In this document: one piece after another, positions 59,506-64,000 of the stretch
How positions within the stretch are numbered: position 1 is the stretch's first letter
Layout: each line of letters begins with the position of its first letter
Source of the DNA: Scenedesmus sp. PABB004
Lineage: Eukaryota
DNA: 64,000 nucleotides
NCBI GenBank assembly: GCA_014905635.1
Contig: JABVCE010000010.1
Location: forward strand, 1,054,001-1,118,000
Reading direction: 5' to 3'
The notes under the pieces: model-generated
Database searches by the model: none
Told to the model about the DNA's origin: nothing
What the model saw: only the letters and a program-made list of their open reading frames with translations
Made by a program: the position numbers and the translations under genes

Positions 59506-61378
59506 TCAGCGCTGCGCCGCCGCCTGCGCGGCAGCCGCGGCGTGGCCGTCCGCGAGCTGCTGCAGCCGCGCCGCGAGGGGCTTGGTCAGGAAGGTGCTGG
59601 TCGCGCTCGCCGCCTCCTGCAACGCCGCGACGTGCGGCGGGCGCAGCACGCCGGCAAAGCCCTTGGCCAGCGCGAGCAGCAGCTGCCCGAACGACGCGCT
59701 GCGCGCCAGGCCCGGCTGCGCGGCGGCGGCGCGCAGCGCGGCGACGAGGCCGTCCAGCTGCGCGGCGACCGCCTGCGGCGCGGCGTCCACGAGCGCGCGC
59801 GCCAGCGTGGTGTGCGGCTCGCCCCAAGCGCAGCGCGCGCCGGCGAGCGCCGGCGGCGGCATGAAGGCGGCCGGCGGCGTCGCGGCGCCGCCCGTCGCAG
59901 CGACAAGCAGCTGCAGCAGCCTGCGGCAGCGCGCGGCGGGCGTGGCGGCAGGTGAGGGTCTCGCATGGCGCTCGCCAAGCGCGGCACGCCAGCGCGCCGG
60001 CGGACCTGGGCTGCAGGCCCGGCGCCTCCCGCGCCACTTTGGCGAGCAGCTGCACCTGCACCGCCGCCAGCCCCGGGCCGGCCAGCAGCGGGCCCAGCAC
60101 CGCGCCCGCCAGCGCCTCAGGCTGCTCGCGCGCTGCGGCGGCGCGGCGCGGGGGCGGGTCGGCGCCGCGCAGGGCGCCGCGCGCTGAGCTGCGCTGCTGC
60201 GGGCGCTCCGTACGCGGCCGCGCCCGCTCACCCGCGGCCACCAGGCACAGCAGCAGGGGCTTCGGGGCGGCGGCATCCAGCTGCTGCAGGCGCGGCAGCA
60301 GCGCAGCCGCCAGCAGGTGCGCGAGCGCGCGCGCCGGCACAGAGGCGTGGCCGTCGCCGCCTGGCAGCAGCTCCTCCAGGAGCGCGTGCAGCGCGGCGTC
60401 CGGCAGGCCCTGCAGCTGCGCCTGCAGCGCCTGCCCTGGCGGCTGCTCCAGTGCCGCCAGCAGCTGCAGCAGGTCCAGGGCGCGGGCGTCGCAGCTGCGC
60501 GCAAACTCCTGCGCCGGCGGCGACGGACGCGGGGCGCGCCTGGCGGCGTGGCGGGGCGGCGCCGCGCGCCGGCGAGGGGCGCCGCGCACCTGCAGCTGCT
60601 GCAGCACCCCCGGCAGCGCGCCCGCCGCGCCCGCTCCCTGGCTGAGCCTTGCGCCTGTGCGGCGAGGGGGGGGGGGCAGGCGGAGCGTGGGCGCGCAAAG
60701 CGTCGTGGGCGGGCCGCCGCAGCCGAGCGCCGCGTGCAGCGCGCGCCCCGGCCTGCCGCGTGACCACCCACGCTTGGGCTCCGGCGCGCCGTCCTTGGCG
60801 GCGGCTGCTGCTGCTGCTTCTGATGCTGCGGCTGCTGCTGTTAAATCAGGCGCCTCGGCTGCTGGCTCGCCGGCTGACGCATCCGCGGGCGCTGCCGCCG
60901 CCTGCGCGCCGCCAGACGCCGGCGTTGTCGGCGGCGACGGCGACGCCGCGGCCGCGCCCGCTGCCGCCGGCTGCGGCACGAGCCAGGCAAAGCAGGGCGC
61001 GTCGCTGCGGCCCAGCCAGGCGGGCGGCGGCGGCGCCGCCGCCTCGCCGCGCAGGGGGCGGTGGAGGTGCAGCGCCGGCGGCGCCGCGTGCTGCCGCAGC
61101 GCCGCGGCCGCGGCCAGCTGTGCGGCGCTGCCTGCAGCGCTGTGCTCTGCCAGCACCTCCAGCAGGCGCAGCAGCTGCGGCGACGCGGCGCCGCGGCCGT
61201 CCGCCGCCAGCGCCGCCGCCGCGCACAGCGCGAGCCGCTGCTGCGCGGCCAGCGGCAGGGCGGCCCCCCGCGGCGCCAGGCAGGCGCCCAGTGGCACGCC
61301 CGGGTCTGACGAAAGCAGCCACGCCAGCTGCGCGGCCAGCTGCGCGCCGCCGGCGGCGCCAGCGGCCGCGAGGTGCAT
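59506..61378 (-). CDS. FANCE: FANCE-like protein (Fanconi anaemia group E C-terminal domain); start uncertain
   Basis: Helical C-terminus LLPRLQQLDAAAPKPLLLCL...LGPLLAGPGLAAVQVQLL...WGE...SASFGQLLLAL...TSTFLTKPLAARL resembles my recollection of the FANCE C-terminal domain; not searched. Confidence 0.55.
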
Positions 61379-61743
61379 CGAACGCTGCTGCTGCGGCGTT
61401 CGGGGCTGCGCAGCAGCCGGCGCTGGTCCACACGCAGGCGGTGGACCACTGGCCCAGGCACGATGCGGGCGGTTCGATCGGGCGCCGGGCAGGGCCGCGG
61501 CTCGGGAGCGGTGGCGGTCGCGCGCTTGCGTGCGGCACTGATTTTGAACGACTCGTTGCCAGGCGCTGCCGGCAACGGCAGAGTCATGGCGCCACCCCCA
61601 CGCTGCGCCCCGTCATCACGCCGGCGCGGCGTCGCAGTCGGGGTGCACGAATGACGGCGCGGGCGCCCGCCCGTCTGCCGGCGCTCCGTCCTCTCTCTCT
61701 CTGACTCGCTCGCTCGCTCGCTGCCCAGTGTTGCAGAACATGC

Positions 61744-62577
61744 TCAGATCTGATAGCCCACGCCCGCCAGCAGCTCCTTGAGCTTGCCGCTGTTGAACGC
61801 GGCCATGGTGTCTGCGCCGGGTCGCGGCACGCGCGCCGTCGTCGGCGGCGGCGCGTGCGCGGGCGGGCGGGGGCGCGCTGCGCAGACTCCACACGGGGCC
61901 CGCCTCGCCGACGGCGCGCCGCCGCGCACCGTCGCAGCCGCCGACGTGCGCGCCGCCGACGAAGACCTGCGGCACGGTGCGCCGCCCCGTGACCTCCTGC
62001 AGCCCCGCCTGCAGGTCGGCGCCGCCGGGGATCTGGTCGAGCTCGATGACCACCGCCGGCACCGCCAGCTTCGCGAAGAGGCCCTTGGCCTGCAGGGCGG
62101 CCGCGGGCAGCGGCTGGGCGGGCGGCGCAGCGCGCGGCCGCACGCCGCGGGTGCCAGCTCAGCTCGTGGGGCTGGGAGCTGCAGGGCGCCGCACCTCGGT
62201 GCAGTAGGGGCAGTAGGTTTTGCTGTACACGACCACCTTGTTGTCCGCGACGGTCGACTTGACACTGTCGACCTGCGGCGGCGGCAGCGGCGGGCAGCAG
62301 CGGCGGGCGTCGCGTCGCGCGCCGCGGCGGCGCCCCGCCGGCTGCAATTGCGTGCAGGCCGCGCCGGTGCGCACCATGGACGCCCTGGTCGCCAGCCGCA
62401 TGCGCTGCGCCCCGCGATGGCCTGCGTGGGTGGGCGGAGGCTGTGTGGGTGGTGGCGTCGCGGCGCCGCTGCTGTGTGGCTGCCGTTGGCCCCCGCGCGC
62501 TCGCCGCCCGCCCACGCACCGCCCGTGGGCACGCCGAACGCGCGCTGCGCCCAGCCGCGGATGCCGGTGGCCTGCAT
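61744..62577 (-). CDS. GRX: Dithiol CPYC glutaredoxin with an organellar transit peptide
   Basis: VVVYSKTYCPYCTE|AKGLF...TGRRTVPQVFVGGAHVGGCD|DTMAAFNSGKLKELL. Confidence 0.93.
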   Translation of the reverse strand: MQATGIRGWAQRAFGVPTGGAWAGGERAGANGSHTAAAPRRHHPHSLRPPTQAIAGRSACGWRPGRPWCAPARPARNCSRRGAAAARDATPAAAARRCRRRRSTVSSRPSRTTRWSCTAKPTAPTAPRCGALQLPAPRAELAPAACGRALRRPPSRCPRPPCRPRASSRSWRCRRWSSSSTRSPAAPTCRRGCRRSRGGAPCRRSSSAARTSAAATVRGGAPSARRAPCGVCAARPRPPAHAPPPTTARVPRPGADTMAAFNSGKLKELLAGVGYQI

Positions 62578-62975
62578 GCTCGGTGCGGCGGCGGTGCGGT
62601 CCGGCTCCAGCGCAGGCGGCGGCAGCTGTGCGTTCTCAGGCGGCAGCGGGGCGTGTGAGCGGGCGCGAGGGGCAAGTGGCAGAGCCGGGCGTGGCGGGCC
62701 AGGCGGCGGCCGGCGCCGGGGCCGTCGCGAGCGGCGGTGCAGGCAGCGCTGCGCCCTTCTCGCCGCAGGGCGAGCGGCTCGCCGCGCGTGCGGCTAGGCG
62801 GCGCGGAGCTGGGGCTGGTGCGGGGGCTGAGGGGGCGTGCTGAGCTCGCGGAAACAGACCGCCCGAGCGCTGGCTGGCCGCCGGCGCGCGGACCCCGGGC
62901 GGCGCGAGCCACGTTGCCGCCGCTGACCTCGCCGCGCGCCCCACCGACCGCCGCACGCGCGCCAGCCCCCCGCGC

Positions 62976-64000
62976 TCAGTGGTGGTGGCCGGCGGACGCC
63001 GCGCGCGCCGAGGCGACCATGTCGGCAAACACGCCGCCCGCGCCCGGCGCCGCGAGCGCCTGCGGCGGCCCCTGCTCCACGAGCTCGCCGCTGCTCAGCA
63101 CCAGCAAGTGGTCGCAGTCCAGGATGGTGTCAATCCTGTGTGCGTGCGCGTGTGTGTGTGTGTGTGGGGGGGGGGGGTGACGGCGGCGCGGGCATAGCGC
63201 TGAGGCGGCGCGCCCGGCCCGCGCGCGCGTGGCATCTGCGGCGCGGGCGCGCCCGCCCACCTGTGGGCGATCACCAGCAGCACGCGTCCGGTCGCGCGGC
63301 CCTGCTCGCCGCCGGCAAACTGGCGCAGGCTGGACTGGATGAGCGCGTCGGTGCCGCGGTCGACGTTGGCGGTGGCCTCGTCCAGCGCGAGCACGCGCGC
63401 CTCCTGCAGCAGCGCGCTGCAGGACGTGCGTGCCGCAGCGGCACGCGCGGCGGGCGGCGGGCGGCGGGCGGGGCGTCACGCGGCGGGCAAGCGGGCGGGG
63501 CGCAGCGACGCGGACGCGGCGCGGGGCTGGCCGGCGCGGCGCCCCGCGGGGCGCGACGCGGCGCGGCGCGGCGCCGCACCGCGCGAGGCAGAAGAGCTGG
63601 CGCTGCCCGACGCTGAGGTTGTCGCCCGCCTCGGCCATGCGCACGTGCAGCCCGCCGCCGGCGCGCACCGCGGCCTTGAGCTGCACGTCGCCGAGCACGC
63701 GCCACAGCGCCGCGTCGTCGTGCTGCGCCCAGGGGTCGAGGTTGCTGCGCAGCGTGCCGCTGAAGAGCACCGGATCCTGCAAGCCGCGGCGGCGGCGGCG
63801 GCGGCGCGCGCGCGTGAGCGTGAGCGTGCGCGGCGGCGCGGCGCCGGCTGGCCGGCGCGGGCGGGCGGCGCTGCCTGCGTTCCCGCGGCGCGGCGCTGCG
63901 CCGCCGCGGGGTGCCGCCGCGCCTGGGGGATGATGGCGAGCTGGCGGCGCAGCGCGTCGAGGGCGACGCTCGACGTGTCGAGGCCGTCGAGGGTGATGGA
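62976..64000 (-). CDS. ABCC/MRP transporter, 3' end (NBD2); truncated by the window edge
   Basis: [74 protein letters not shown]. Confidence 0.92.
   Translation of the reverse strand, partial: HHPRRPRHVERRPRRAAPPARHHPPGAAAPRGGAAPRRGNAGSAARPRRPAGAAPPRTLTLTRARRRRRRRGLQDPVLFSGTLRSNLDPWAQHDDAALWRVLGDVQLKAAVRAGGGLHVRMAEAGDNLSVGQRQLFCLARCGAAPRRVAPRGAPRRPAPRRVRVAAPRPLARRVTPRPPPAARRACRCGTHVLQRAAAGGARARAGRGHRQRRPRHRRAHPVQPAPVCRRRAGPRDRTRAAGDRPQVGGRARAADATRARAGRAASALCPRRRHPPPPHTHTHAHAHRIDTILDCDHLLVLSSGELVEQGPPQALAAPGAGGVFADMVASARAASAGHHH

Noticed and set aside
1..64000. Hundreds of long Arg/Ala/Pro/Gly-rich ORFs in the six-frame track (e.g. 10212-12941, 17975-20344, 53847-57326)
   Set aside because: They are expected from extreme GC content, where stop codons are rare. 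They are antisense or off-frame shadows, or read-throughs of introns of the spliced genes.

Overview
Eukaryotic nuclear DNA from a green alga. It is very GC-rich and gene-dense, with short introns, TGTAA polyadenylation signals and plastid/mitochondrial transit peptides; a Sphaeropleales-like origin is an inference. Most long ORFs in the six-frame track are artefacts of GC content, and the real genes are spliced. I reconstructed about 21 spliced protein genes by hand: SR45/RNPS1, an RS/Lys-rich protein, UBL5/Hub1, plastid LepA/GUF1, RAD1, a Deg1-like protease, two coiled-coil proteins, a secreted WSC-like/GH16/CBM1 glycanase, an orphan gene, glycine decarboxylase P, a secreted carbonic-anhydrase-like protein, a weak hypothetical, plastid DnaJ, an ankyrin-kinase, P4H-ShKT, transportin, uL4m, RRP8, a FANCE-like protein, a CPYC glutaredoxin and the 3' end of an ABCC transporter. 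The most notable non-coding observations are: (1) an identical 190-bp element with textbook H/ACA snoRNA architecture in sense orientation in introns of two unrelated genes 44 kb apart; (2) a 1172-bp direct duplication of a bidirectional promoter and first exon bracketing a 1.97-kb orphan gene; (3) an intronic pre-miRNA-like hairpin; (4) an intronic inverted copy of an exon that would loop out its splice acceptor; (5) at least 19 GC-AG introns; (6) telomere-like heptamers scattered in introns. Exon boundaries were read by eye and no database search was run.
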